A DNA stretch of 58,288 nucleotides, filler included, from Sphacelaria rigidula (lineage: Eukaryota): assembly GCA_964200075.2 (NCBI GenBank). It is 8 parts of 8 records of this genome, joined end to end, with 100 filler letters (N's around TTAATTAATTAA, not from the genome) between each part and the next. Parts side by side here need not be neighbours in the genome. Positions count along the whole stretch, not along the records: positions 21,898 to 29,096 come from CAXNAA020016002.1; positions 29,197 to 36,394 come from CAXNAA020016003.1; 6 more parts are not named here. One strand, written 5' to 3'. Shown piece by piece: positions 21,798 through 35,500 of this stretch. Below the pieces are notes generated by a model. That model did not search any database, was not told the origin of the DNA, and worked only from the letters and a program-made list of their open reading frames with translations. Position numbers and translations under genes: made by a program. Position 1 is the stretch's first letter. Each line of letters opens with the position of its first letter.

Positions 21798-23634
21798 NNN
21801 NNNNNNNNNNNNNNNNNNNNNNNNNNNNNNNNNNNNNNNNNTTAATTAATTAANNNNNNNNNNNNNNNNNNNNNNNNNNNNNNNNNNNNNNNNNNNNGAA
21901 GAAGGGAGGGGGGGGGCGGTGGGGGGGGGGGGACCTGGTACAGGTATATCATAGATCTCGGTGTGTTGAACCACCGCGGCTATCGAAACAAGAGGGGGCG
22001 GGGTGCGCGCGGGGGATGGGGGGGGGGGAGGTTCTGGAACAGCATAGATAATAACACTCGTATGTGTTGAAGATCAACACACAATCCGAGGACTGCATGG
22101 TCTTCACCCCGGCTGTCGAAACAAGAGGGGTCGCGCGCAGCTGTGTAGCCGACCAAAAAAACAATTGAGCCGCAAGGAAATGCGAAGCACCGACCAAGCA
22201 CCTTCAAGGTCGGAGCAACAGCGACACATCTTGCTCATCGCGAAGACTGTGTGCAACCAACAAGGGAGCCGAGCCGACGAGTGTGCGCTACAACAGAAAA
22301 AATAAGTGCTGCAGTCGACTGTACACGTGTTGGAACAAGTACAGAAAAAAACAAAAAAATGGAGAAATATACCGAAAAACAACGGCGGTTGACTGCAAAA
22401 TCAGACAACAGACAGGGTCAACCGCAGCAGCAGTGCAGCAGCTGTAACGAGCAAAACATAAGAAAACCTTCACGCTGAATGCCCCAAATGTCGAGAATAA
22501 AGGATTGTCACCGTAGCTGCTTCGCGCAGGATGGTGATGACGACGTCCAAAGGATCAAATGACTTTTCAGTTGTAATACTTGCTACAGTTGGTTGTATAC
22601 TCAGCTGGCGGAGCTATAAAACACATGTGTACAAATATTAGAGAAAGTGAGCAGAACAAAAGTTATATCGTACACTCAGGGGAGACTCACTTACAGTATC
22701 CTTGATCCTGAGGCTCAGTCACCGCAGAACGGGGATAGTTAAAGTCTATCAGACGCTGCCGAAGTGTTGACTAGTCCTTTACTATACTGCTGGAGCCTTG
22801 GAGCGATGAGGGAGTGAGACCAGGGGCAACTTCCGTGCGGGAAACTCATCGTCCTCGATCCCAAAACACATCTTCACTCAAGTCATAACTCAAGCGCGAT
22901 CCAGCTTCGATCAGCTTACGTATATATTTACCGTTGGACCCCGATAATTCCACGTCATCCAATACGATAGCGACCAACTACGCACATATCATCCCAACAG
23001 CTGGCTTGTGGGGCATCTAAAAGCCGCTGAAATATTCGCCAAAGATAGACGATTCGAGTACCGGCCGGTCTGAGTCCAGAAAAGTGACTCCGTAACTGCG
23101 AAGTCCTTATCACATACCATAAAGAAGAGTTGAAGCACTCGGTCACGAATCGATAGAGGGATCCACAACGTGTGGGGTGGAACCAGGTGTGTTTGGGGTG
23201 AAGTAAAGATCGCACCTGGAAATCTACCACACGTCCTGGCCGCACTCGTTCCCAAGAACCTGTAGGTTTGTAGTGGTCGGAGTTGTTGTTCTCGTGCCCA
23301 AATAGCCAAAACGATAACCAGTGCAAGCATAATGTGGGACACTAGAGTGGAACGCCAACCTGTGTGAGATGCGTGCGTGAGACGTTATTCGATTGGAGCT
23401 CAGATACATTTCGCTTGGGCGGGCCGTCGTGAGGTTCTTTTGTGGTGTTCACGATTCGTGTATTCTTCTTTCATGATCCCGCCATTCACGCCTGGTTTGA
23501 TACTGTTGATTCGTGCGCGCTCGCAGCATCGCGCCGAGGAGTGATGCAACGATAGCGGTGGGGGGGGGTGATTTTTCGAAACCAAAGGGCTGATTGGTGT
23601 GTTAGACAGCCCAACACGCTGAAATCTGAATGTC

Positions 23635-24300
23635 ACCACATGATTCACCATCATTGCCAGCATTTCATCACCGACGGTAAGTCGTAGCACACATGGATCG
23701 ACCAGACTCTGCTTAAATCCGATGTTTTTGAGGGTTGGTTTTGGTAGTTGGTACCACGTTCGGTTAGCTTGCCAAAAACCGCAGACCGATTTATTTAGTT
23801 TCATAAGTTGACCTGACATTGAACCACAACCGGGGGAAAGACGCATATAAGCTTCAGCGTTCAAATCTGACTGAACGGAAGCTTGTTCCACATCAAAATG
23901 TCGTGAATTTCAGTCAAGCGTACACGCAAGAATAGCCATCAGTCTGATTGCGGCAGGCGACGCGGCGGGGGCGTAAGTGTGAAAGTGATCCACACCTTCT
24001 ACCTGACTGTACCTCTTGCCTACCGATCACGACTCAGCTCTCTTATTTTCTCCATGGGCATTACTTTTAACAATGTTTTCGTGAGATTGAGAGATCAATA
24101 TATGATTGAGAGTGGCCTTTTTTCCGACGGCGGTGGCACTTTCGTATTGTTACACGACACGTCGGCTTCTGTCAAAATAAGAGGCTCGTTGACCCTTAGA
24201 GCAGTAGGCCTGATGAAGGGTTGGTACACAATGATTGACAGGGGTGACTACTCGATTTTGGACTTGAAGTTCTGAGAACGTTTGTGGTCTGGGGCAGGTG
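23635..24300 (-). pseudogene. Second Copia reverse-transcriptase fragment
   Basis: YSQVEGVDHFHTYAPAASPAAIRLMAILAC..HFDVEQASVQSDL..YMRLSPG..KLNKSVCGFWQANRTWY..DPCVLR, the Copia RT (RVT_2-type) motifs, with stops. Confidence 0.9.
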
Positions 24301-24619
24301 AGCAGGGGGCCCAGCTTGTTCAGAACATGTTTTTGTCGAAATCGGCGCCTGCCGCGACGATTCCAAGTCTGCCAACGCACACTTTGCCTAGGGGAATTTA
24401 TGCACCCTCCTCGCTCGAGGGTCTCGTGCGCCTTGGGTCGGGGTCAGGGTTAAGGTTAGTGTTCGTGATACTTTATAATATTCCATTATCTTCCCCATCA
24501 ACCATTATCTACGAATATTTCTTCAGATCCCGTCTGTCAGACCGCGAGGGTAGGTCACCTGCTGAATCGGCATCAATATTTTACTTGAAAAACGTATGCG
24601 TGATCCAGATGGATTAAAA

Positions 24620-25058
24620 TAGGGGTCCCGGTTTAGCGGTCCCTAGTGACAACACGGAAAATGACCGCTAAACCGGGACCAACCGCTAAACCGATTTAGC
24701 GGTTCTTAACCGCTATTCCGGGTCCTGGTTTAGCGGTTGGAACCGCTAGACCGGAGAACCCCCGTCAACTCCGCGTGAGGCTAGCGTTGCGTTTGATAAC
24801 GAGTAATTTCGATAGCGTCATGTGTGGCTGCTGTATACGGCAGTACAGCATTACTGCAGTAGTACCATTTGTACGACTACAGCTGCGATAGTGTATAAGA
24901 GACTGCGAATGTAGACCAAAACGTATGTAGACCAAAACGCATACTGTGCTTCGAAGTAAAAAAATCATGAAGAGAACTCTATCCTCCCCCCCTGCCCACA
25001 CCATTTCGCCATCCTGATACGTGTGCACCACAACTGCCGGAGACCCCTTTCTACTGTA
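24620..25058. mobile_element. Tc1/mariner-type MITE remnant with ACCGCTAAACCG subterminal repeats
   Basis: Left end taggggtcccggtttagcggt; degenerate right end ccggagacccctttctactgta. Same family as 25695-25911. Confidence 0.6.
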
Positions 25059-25694
25059 CGCTACGGCATGTCTTCTTGCCAACACGGGTCTAGTACAGCG
25101 TGTGTACTGCTGCACACGGGGCACACAAGAGCGCACCGTGCGACTTGAAGCATGGAGTTACACTTCAACAAAACAAAACAAAACAAAACAAAACAAGCTC
25201 AAACATCCTCAACAACTTCACCTTCCGGAATCCTAACTCTTTGACCGCCAGGGTAGATCATATGGGTCACGTATGAAATTGTCGAGTGAAAATGAGGCCA
25301 AGGGCACAAACGGCCAAAAAGCTCAATCTCCGTCATAAGCTAGACGCCCCATCTCACGGAAACCTTGTTAGGTGTAGGAAAGAGAAACCACACACGTGAA
25401 TCATTATGTGAGCCGATATCCCCCCTCTTCGATATAGGATCACGTCAATTTCTGCATTCCGTTGGGGTTTGTTGGAGAATTGCACCCTCGACAACCAACG
25501 AGACCCGAAGTCTACGTAAAGGCTTGCAGCACGGAGCACACACACGCCCACGTTTTCACGTTCCGGCGCCAACTACCCACAGTTTCGATTGACTTTTCTG
25601 TTTTGTACAAGCAACGCAGCAGGCTAGTGCAGAAAATTAGTACATTTTCACGACAAACAGCGGACTGTGCTTGTAGTAGCTTCCTTTCCAAGTA

Positions 25695-25911
25695 CAGTAG
25701 GGGTCCCGGTGCTGCTGCACTGCCGCTGTACTGTGGGGCACACAGCCGCTATTCTGGCTGAAACCGCCGTAAATTACCGTCAAACCGGCAACTGTCCAGT
25801 TTAGCGGCCATACAACCACTAAACTGGGTTTAAACGGTGCCAGCCGAAGCTTGAACCGCTAAACCGGGACCAAACACTAAACCGGCAACCGCTAAACCGG
25901 GACTCCTACTG
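25695..25911. mobile_element. Tc1/mariner-type MITE with TA target-site duplication
   Basis: TA|CAGTAGGGGTCCCGG ... CCGGGACTCCTACTG|TA, with internal accgctaaaccgg repeats. Confidence 0.85.
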
Positions 25912-25924
25912 TACCCGAATCGTA

Positions 25925-26165
25925 CCGATCGCCCCGGTGGCTTAGTTGGTAACCTCGGAACCTTCTGACGGTTGGGTCGTGGGTTCAAATCTCGGAGCGA
26001 TCATAGCTAGCTTTCGTCGCTCTACTGGACTGGCTGGCGTCTGTATAGAGGTCGCCCGGCGTGGCAACATGTATCCAATTTCGCGATCTCTGTAGAAACA
26101 AAACAGTTCGGTTTTTTCAACTACATGGGCATGAATAAAATGACTCTACAAGTAGTGGTCTGAGG
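25925..26165 (+). mobile_element. tRNA-derived SINE whose body is repeated in inverted orientation at 26448-26609
   Basis: A-box TGGCTTAGTTGG and B-box GGTTCAAATC. 25998-26165 is the reverse complement of 26448-26609. Confidence 0.75.
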
Positions 26166-28944
26166 TACTGTGGCTTCCCTGTCCTCCCGCCAGGTATACA
26201 AGGAGATCGGCAGAGATTCTGCAATCGCATGTAACACTCGCGGAGGAACATATAGGTTCTCCTCTATGAAATTCCACGTTTTCCAACCTGCAAACCGTTT
26301 GATGCTCGTTGCTTTCTAATAAAAACGTTCAAGCGTCAACTTCTGTTCCGTTCTGTACTGATTGCGGTATCCGCATGTCAGGAAAGTCTGGTTTTGCTGT
26401 TTTACAGTATCTTCGCACGTGTGGACGGACCCAAAGCGGCCACTTTCCCTCAGACCACTAGAGTCATTTGATTCATGTTCATGTAGTTGGAAAAACCGGA
26501 CTGTTTTGTTTCTACAGAGATCGCGAAATTGGATACATGTTGCTACATCGGGCGACCTCTATGCAGACGCCAGCCAGTCCAGTAGAGCGACGAAAGCTAG
26601 CTGTGATCGGGTTTGCCCGCCGTACTGCCACCAGCGTTGCTCGAATGCCACACGACCTTTGCGGTTGGCGGTTGGTGGTGTGGGTGTCAAATGCGACGAC
26701 AACTGGTTGATCATAGAGCACCCTTGTTCTTCGTGGGTTCATATGTCGCCTCAGGTGATAACGCGTGATCTCGTTACATCGGAATTCATTCTCGAAAGCT
26801 ACTGTACCGAGGTGCTCACGCAGCCAGCGCGTGCTCCAGATTGCAGCATGGACGCACCCCTCTGCACCACGCTCGCAACGGTCAGATCACTACCATAGGT
26901 ATCTTTTTTCACTCCGCATGTCAAGAAGATCTACACAAGTGTTTGATGTCTCAAACACCCCCCCCCCCTCAACTGGCGTCTCGCACGCTGTTGTCGTTGG
27001 GCATCCAGAGGGTCACTCACATACACGTCGGGTAAAATCAACGATGAATAACACCCCCCAAGTTTAAATTGGATACATCTGTTGTTATTGCCGCACCACC
27101 GCCCTTGCTGGCATGTGTGTAACAGAGAACAGCAGTAGCGGTGACGGGAACATGGCCTATTTTTCAACGACATGTTTTTCAGCGCACAGAGGCGCGTCCT
27201 GTTCGAAAGGAGAGGCACAGAGGAATCCATCTTCGCGTTGGCCACAGGCAAGAAGAGACAGAATCTCTCCGCAGCTCGATGCTTCGGTACATGGAAAATT
27301 GGGCACATGCTGGTAACATCGGTGATGCCAGTTCTTCGAGCGATTGGGAATCGCCGAGCGAGGACACACGAAGGACACGGGCGAGGATCTTCCTCTCTGT
27401 CGTTGCTCCTCTCTCTGGTGGTATCGTCATCGACACGCGTGTACACCACATTCGTTAGGTGCACCTAGCCACAGCTGCTTAACTGCTGCGGACATTTGGG
27501 GGGGGAACATGGCTTCGCTCGGTCGTAAGTGTTTCGCGCAATCCCTGCAAAAAGAAATGCCACTTCAACCTCATTTTTGATATGGACCCCATTTTTCAGG
27601 ATATGCTGTTAACAGATATGTCTATTCATGTGATGGTATATGACCGCGTGCGAGAATTAAACTAGTACAGTAGGATACCACGATTGATCCACAAACGATC
27701 GGCGGGTATAAAGAGATCCTAGTGTGCTTGTATAAAGTTGAAAGTGGACTAACACAGTTCAATCGGCGTTGCTGCTGCCTGATTTTGCATTCGGATTGGT
27801 CGTATTGGATTAGTCATTCGGGGCACACGCCGGCCAATAAAGGTTGATAGGAGGCACACGATGATTTTGTATTATGACAGTTGAATGCGTGCTACGAAAG
27901 AGGTTTTTGCCAAAGATCTCGCACGCACACCTGTTCACTTGCATTCTCCGACCACCTAGTCGTATTTCGGGTTACGTAGGATTAATACAAGAAGGATCAC
28001 CACTTATCCTCTGCGCTCCTGGCTACTGACACTCACTGGTCTGCAAGCCGTGACAAGCTAACGTGAGTGAGTCACGTGTAACATAATCCCTCGCTTATAT
28101 TTTGTCTATTGATTGTACGCACGAGCGTGGCGTCTGGTGTAACTTCCCCAGCAGCTAAATTGTGTTTTGAGATTGAATCCTACAGTTTGGAGTAACAGGC
28201 CGAACGCAGGACTGCTGGCTAACACCCCCCAAGGTGTGACTTACTTGCATCGGCGTATACGGCATTACTGCCCTACGGTATTGCCTTTACTACTACATTA
28301 TGGGACTTCAACGGTAGCTTGTTTCATTTAAGATGTAGGGTTGTCTCTCTCGCTCGGCCGCTGTTCAACACCGGTTGTTGATTTCCTTTTTCAAGCCTTG
28401 TATTTTCGGCTCTTGATTTTCACTTGATATTTGTATACACGATTTATCTGTGTGACGACACACACACTCGGGGAATTAGCTTCTTGGACAGCTGCCTGTT
28501 TTTTGTACTTGGAGTTTGACAGACATTCCGACTCGAGTCTAGCTGCAGGTCTTCGATATGTCATACAGTACCCACGCTGGTATTAAGCAATGGCGACCGA
28601 ACCATGAGGCGCCTCAGGTACGGGACATTCCATATTTTCGTTTTTCACCACAGGCGGTTCTCAAAAACAAACGAGCCGCTTACATGTTGAACCCCTTACG
28701 GGCCCGTGGAATTTTCAAAGATTCCCCAACCCAGCGCCCAGCAAACGTCGCCGCTCCCCGTCCCTCGATCCTGTATCAACCTAACTGACCGACATGTGTC
28801 CAACACACGTCGATTCATACCTGCAGGCGGAGAGTACTCGAGATATTTCAATCTCAGTCCGCCGTTGTACAGCAAGGATTCCCTTTTCCCAAACACGGAA
28901 CGTTGAGCCACCATGTTCACCGAATTATATCAATGCGACATATG

Positions 28945-29096
28945 ACATTTTCTATGATAGCCCTCTCCAAAAAAGTGCGTGGTTGTGGAAGGCAAAATCC
29001 CCACGTAAATCGAAATGGGAAAAGCCGAGCATAAGGAGAAGCTGGGAATTCCCAAGCTTGGATTCGTTCTAGCCAATGTCGCCAATATGAGGCGCT
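28945..29096 (+). repeat. Dispersed repeat (homolog at ~37310-37468)
   Basis: gtgcgtggttgtggaaggcaaaatccccacgt...gggaaaagccgagca...ggaattccca..cttgg is shared between the two positions. Confidence 0.8.
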
Positions 29097-29196
29097 NNNN
29101 NNNNNNNNNNNNNNNNNNNNNNNNNNNNNNNNNNNNNNNNTTAATTAATTAANNNNNNNNNNNNNNNNNNNNNNNNNNNNNNNNNNNNNNNNNNNN

Positions 29197-29267
29197 GGGG
29201 GGGGGGTTGCGTACTCATTTGTTGCTTGCCTTCGTCGTTTGACCATTGACCACGCATCCCTTTCGAG
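29197..29267 (-). mobile_element. C-tailed LINE 3' end (same family as 5720-6141)
   Basis: The reverse complement reads ctcgaaagggatgcgtggtcaatggtcaaacgacgaaggcaagcaacaaatgagtacgcaa followed by a C run. Confidence 0.8.
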
Positions 29268-29456
29268 GGGGGCGGGGGGGCGGGGAAAGGTACTCGAGTC
29301 CAATTTGTTACGCGGCGAGACGTAGTAGGACTTCTAGAAATGAACTTGGTTCATGTGTTGAACATACGTTCCTGTGTTCAGAGCGAGAGTATATGCTGCT
29401 CCCGAGATATTAATGCGAGTTGACGACGAGTGAAACAAATCGAGCTTCTGTGGCAG

Positions 29457-29539
29457 TGAGAAACACCATTGCGGCGGCGGAGGACTGGATCTTCCTCGAG
29501 ACGACGCCACACCCTATCTATGGAGACGGGAAGAAGTAG
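29457..29539 (+). CDS. Possible terminal coding exon of an unidentified gene (RNTIAAAEDWIFLETTPHPIYGDGKK*)
   Basis: cttctgtggcag acceptor, GC3-rich codons and an in-frame TAG. No family recognised. Confidence 0.3.
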
Positions 29540-32500
29540 ACTGTTCACCTAACTAGCCGTTTATGTGCGTTGGGTCACTCTTGCAGCAAATCCAGAGGCC
29601 TTATAGAGGCCGTCATGCTGCGTTTACCGCGGTGTTCGACCAACAATGTGCAACTACTTCTGTGAGTCCATCAAACGCGCACGGGTGGCGAATGATGCCC
29701 CTTTTGTTTTGCTGTTCTATGTCAATATGTCACCACGAATGTGCGGCGAATCTCTAGTCACAAAAGTGACTGCGAATCACAAGATAAACGTTGCCAGGCA
29801 TGTTGTTGTAGAATAGGTTTTACTTCGCACAAAACGTGGATAAACAGTTCAGCAGTTCAGTGCACGAGGCGTTGCCACTTCTATACACGCACGTCATTTC
29901 TCGCAGGAACTAAAACGTGACTGCACCAACAAGTCCACCACGAGACTATGATTTGGATGATGACCCTGCTTCGTTTCACGACTCTTGTACTGTACTTGAC
30001 TATATTATCCTGTACTCTAGCGGGGTATGTGGTTCGTGGATTGAGAGATGTGCCACGAAGGTAAAAGGCGAGGAAATTTCATGGAATTTCATGTATTCCG
30101 TCCGTGCACGCAACCAGAACTACTCTTGAGTCGTAATTCACTGAACCTTTCTGACTGCGGCCATCAAGTTACTTCATCGCGAAAATCTTAATTTTCACTC
30201 TCCTTATTGTTTCCATTTGTACTTTTTGCGATATGTTTACACTAAATTTCATATTTATCTTGTCCTTTCCCTCTATACATTTTAGTCATGTAAGTGTGTG
30301 TGTGTGTCTCGCTCAATTAGAACTCCTTGGTGAGGGTTCCCTCCCAAATACTGCGGTCCTCTGATAGGTGAGCCACAAGGTGCTTTCAGGGCCTCATCCA
30401 TCGCGCGATTTCTGTGTCTCGTTTTGTCTCGTTTCGCTTCGTTCCGATCTTGTACTCCCTCCCTTTTCCGAAGCCATGCGGTACGGGCCTGTCGTATTTC
30501 TTCTCGTTTCCTTTATTGCGGTCGAAGTTGCATTTTGACGTGAATAATTTTCTTCTGTTCCTCTTTCTCTTTTCTTTTCTTTTCTTTCCTTTCTTTGATT
30601 TGTATTCCCTTCGTTGTCATTTTTTTCTTTCTTCGCGTTTCGTCTCTTGTCTCACATTTCTTTTTGTGCTCTCATCTTTACTTTTGTTGTCCCTCTGGAA
30701 TGTTCTGGTTTCTTTTCCCCTGTTTTTATTTCCTTGTTTTTGCTTTGCATTGATCTTTCCCTCTATTTTTCTTTTCCTCGGCTTTTTTCGCATGTTCCAA
30801 GTTACACTGCCTGTATTTTCCTTCCTTTCTCCTTATTATCCGCGCTCATCGAGTTTTCTCTGGCAATTATCTCCATTTGTGCGCTCTGGGTATGTCTGTC
30901 TATAGGCCATGCCTAGATTCGCGGCGAATGAATTAATGTACAACAGTCAATCGAACAATCAAACGGGCCGATACATTAATACACCAAGACCCAGGCACAC
31001 CACCACCAGTTTTGTAGCTGCGGTTCACTATTGACTTCCGCCTCTCATTCTGCAATGTATTGATTGATCGATTGTTGAGTGATTGTCGCACTTTAAGTGA
31101 TCCCTCAGGGGTCCAGCCGTGGTCTCAAGAGAAACGAAACTGAAACACGCTCTGAGAAAAAGAAGTATTACGTGGCGAAATCGTAAACCTACTTTCCCAA
31201 ATGACTAATATCGTGGCAGATTAGACAACACATGCAGGTATGCCGAGACGTATACCCACCATTTGCCAGGTGCACTGTATACGGGTAGCACAAGCCGACC
31301 AGATTCCCAGTCGCGGAATATGGCAGAAATCGTCGCATGCCTATTCCTAGCGGGAAATGAGATGGCGTCATCTGGAGATTCCGTATCTTCTCCCAATCGT
31401 ATACCTGAATGTCGAGAGTGTCTGACTTCCAAGGACATTGTACCCGTTCGTCGCGGATTCTAAGGAGATGAAATGTTTTAAATCAGCCCTCCCAGGAGGA
31501 GCGAAGTTACGATGGTGGTGCACATTCGATTTCTTCCCATAAGGTACACTCGTTCAAAAGTATGACTTGTCTTCCGATCTCCGAGCAACGCCCGACTCTT
31601 GCCTGCGAAGGTTAGGCTATCGAGCTCGCCGCGATATATTTGACGAACAGAATCGTCCGCAGCGAGTGTCAACAAAGAAGAGTTGTTGACTGTATACTCG
31701 CCAACGCCGGGAAATAGTCGTGCACGCATAAACCCTAGGAGCGATGGTAGCCGAGCGAGGTGAGATAACTCGGGGTGAGATATTATGCTGGTAGGGGTAG
31801 ATTACTGGCTGATATACCGTCATGTGCAGTGCCGTGCATCAGCCAGTAAGTCACCACACTACACAAGTAACATACACACCCCCACTGGAGTGGGGTTGTT
31901 CCGATGGCGGAAAGATCCCTACGCATCTTGTCCCAGCATGAAACCGCCGTACATGCGACCCACACTGCAGCAGATAAATCTTGAAGGAACATGCTCACGA
32001 TTCACTCTCGCCCTGTGCTGTGGTGTTGAAGTTCTGGTCACAACGGATCACGATGACCAAGAAGTGGAAGAGAACATCAGGGCGGCAAACTCATTAGTTG
32101 CTTGCCCGCGTCGTTTGACTAATGGCCAAAGATACAATGAGGGGGTGGGGGTGGGGGGGAGGGGTTACTTGACCCGACGGACGACAGTACCAACTATCGA
32201 CCCTGCCGACGGTACTGTACAGTGCACCATTATTACAGGTGCTTTGGGTGTGCCTTATTGGCCAATATACGGCCAGGGGTTGTCTGCTCACATATGTCCG
32301 TAAGTTGTGCACTCACTGTGCAAGCGCTTGCCATCCAAGACACCATCATTAGCAGCACTGTTTTACCGCCTCCTTTCCCACCTCGATGGGTTACCATCAC
32401 TCGGAACGGTTTCGCGTGCGCGACTGTTTTGTGGCGTTGGCGTGCATGACTCTTCCCTGTTGACAGTAGTTACTGTACGAGCAATTTCCGCCAGAGACTT

Positions 32501-35500
32501 TCGGATACTCAGGTATAGAGTCGGGAAAAGATACGCAAACGTTTTAGGTGTGACTATCCCATTTTCCGCCAGAAACGGGTAGTCCGCGGTCTCGGCCAAT
32601 CCCGCGGCCAGAAATTTGGCCGATTTGTGGTACCTATCTACGATGGAAATGGCAATGGCGGTAACACGTCCAGACATACCTGAACGCGTCGTTTGCCCAA
32701 CACGTATCGTGGGTGGGGAATTGGTTTCGTTTTCTCCCGACGCACATATTCTTGTTGTGCCCTGACCGAGTGACATGCATGATTTAAGGGCATATCTCAC
32801 TAATGTCGCGGGTAAAAGAAGAATTCGGTGACGCTTCTCCACTTTATTTTTCTTGGTGGGAAAACCTGTAGTACCCTTTCGAGTCGGTGATGCTGTGTGT
32901 TTCTCGCCAGGTTCGAAAAACATGCATTTTTCCCGCAGTTATACACGGAAATGGGAGATTCTTTGAATCAAGAACTGGGGCACCACGAATCGAGTGAGTA
33001 GGATCAACCCGGGAAACGAATCGCGGTGCCGCGGACTGGATTCACGACCCACCTGTCGGACGATATTTCAGGGTACCAGTCTCAACACGCCCAGTAGCTT
33101 GCCGAGTTGCTTCTCGTACGGACATGGCACCGGGACAGTTGTAGGACGTATGGACGACAACTGTTCTCGCCATGTAGGCAATACGGTTTCAGCGTGAGTA
33201 CACCAGCAAGGTGGAAAAAGACAGCGGGAATGGAGAAGGACAGAGTGTAGTAGACGTTGTTTTTTTTGTGGATGGTAGCAGGGAGGTAGCGTTCCGTGGT
33301 GCTTGGGATATTGTACTCGTTCCCATAAGTCGAGTCGTTTTACGACAAATTGATACCGTCGTACGAATGGTCCGTGACATCGTGTTTTCATATATTGCAG
33401 TTTTTGCCTCGGCTATAACTGGCAGAGTATCACACCGCTATGCGCACCCGAAGACGTGTGGGGCGCCTTTCAGAGTAGCATTTCCCGGTTCTCCGATTTC
33501 TTGTTTCAAGGGATATCATGCGGTGCAGTTAAGAAGGAAGTATCGTGCGGCAGAGAGTAATACCACTAGCTGTAGGTAGCGGTACCGGTGATATTACCCC
33601 CGCATATGGCGGTAGGACTTGACCATCGGTTGAGCGAACCCCGACACGTACTACAGCACGGGCGAAAAGGCCCGCCGGCCGTACCCCTGTTCGGGAACAT
33701 GCTGGCGCTGCCCCCCAATACCTTGCCCTCAGTCATCAGCTGCGCCAGCCGTAACTCTTACAACAACACCCATCCTTGATGTACTTGATGGTGCAGTAAC
33801 CAAGGTGTACACAAAACATTTCTATCACGAGGAATTTTTGCAGTCTTGTGTGTGGATCATGACGGGTTCTGTTGGATCCCAAACTTTGGGAACCGAGAGG
33901 CCATGGATACCCGGCACTAATTTCGGAAATGTACCATTTTTACCACCAAGTTTGAACTATCTACGGGATCAGCGACCGTGTAGGGTCCTCCGAGTGTACA
34001 GCCCCTGGTGCGCTTTCTTTGATATCTTCGCCCGACCGAACCGATCCGGACCGTTACAATGAAAAATGATAAGGGAATGTTCGTTATTCTCTGTAGATAT
34101 AAGTGCGCTACAGCCGAAAACTCATTCTTTTATAGCATATGCGGTCAACAAGGCCTCCTCGGTAAACGGGGTTCTACTCCGTATTGTTCCGACAACGCAA
34201 AATTGAGACATGTGTCCCGAGCACGACCTGCTTTTTCTCCACACGCCTACCGACTCTCGAACGTTCGGGGGTGAAGGTGGCAAATCGTCTGCGAATAATC
34301 CCGATTGAGTGAACCACATGTCTAAATGCTGACTGCTGTAGACGATTTCCATATTTCCCAAACGTGGAATGTGGCGTTTATCGCCAAGCGTTTAGTTAAG
34401 CGAACCGCGAAAAAAGAGGAAATCGCGAAATCGTGAAATCCTGGATAAGCTGTTTGAAGAAGACTAAAACAAGCACATGAAGACGAAAGATTGGCATAGG
34501 TTTCTGACGGACTCGGTTGAGATGGTCCACCGCAAAGCAGACAGTGTCGTCCAAAACGTAGACGTGGCGATCAAAGGATGAAGTGGTTAACTACATTGAC
34601 CTGCATTTCAAATACGGCAGATGGTTGAGAAACTCGTTAGAACATCAAGCGCGACAACTATGGACGTGATCATACCTCTACATTTTTCATCTCGACTACT
34701 CGTATCGTGCATGAGGAACTAAGTGTCTTGTCAATTTTGTGCTGAAAACGTTTGTGCTGTAAACGAATTGGTGAAGCTTGATATTTTTTTCGACCAGACA
34801 GTTGTCGTGCCTCGTCGTTTGGCTAAGAAAACGTCTCGGATATGGGTGCGCGACGCCAAGTGTACTCGACAGGTGCGATACAACAATAATAGTAGTTGGT
34901 GGCATCCACCATCACGAACAACCGTGAACGGCGGCATGACATGTAGGTGTATGGGGGGCGGTGTGCCTGTGCACGTGCGTTGCTCGCACTGTCTTTCTGG
35001 GGTAAGTCTTGGCCCACCTGTCACAAGTTAGCATACAAATACAGTTAAGCTGGACCGACCAGCAAAAGTTAGTACGTCCGTATGTCAGTATGATAACTGT
35101 CCACGTGCATTAGGTCATAGTTGCGGGGGTATGGTTGTGAGCTGGACGATTGGGGCTTACTGATTCAGTGCTACAATCTCGTTGCCGGGATGTTGGTACC
35201 TGTGTCGTACAAGCATCTCAGGCATAAGATGGCTTGTTCACGGGAGGGGGGGGGGGGGGGGCGAAGGGTAGAGCATACCTTGAATAACAGGTAGTCCAGC
35301 AGCTGAAATACGGGAAAATGTACTGCGTAGAGAATATTTTAAGCCTGTTGCCAATAAGCGATAGGCTCGATACTTTACGCGGTACACTATTCTTTTTTCA
35401 CTGCCCAGCCTGCCGAATATTTTGCTGCCCCGAGGTGACTTCAACGCGCAAGTAATATTATATATAAAACACCACAAACCACTCCGCCAAGAGCGGGTTG

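Noticed and set aside
24205..24280. Hammerhead ribozyme (CTGATGA core)
   Set aside because: No properly placed GAAA or flanking stems here or at the other CTGANGA sites I inspected.
30414..30916. Hydrophobic membrane-protein ORFs (also 38080-38995, 47742-47978)
   Set aside because: These are translations of T/C-rich low-complexity sequence upstream of LINE tails.
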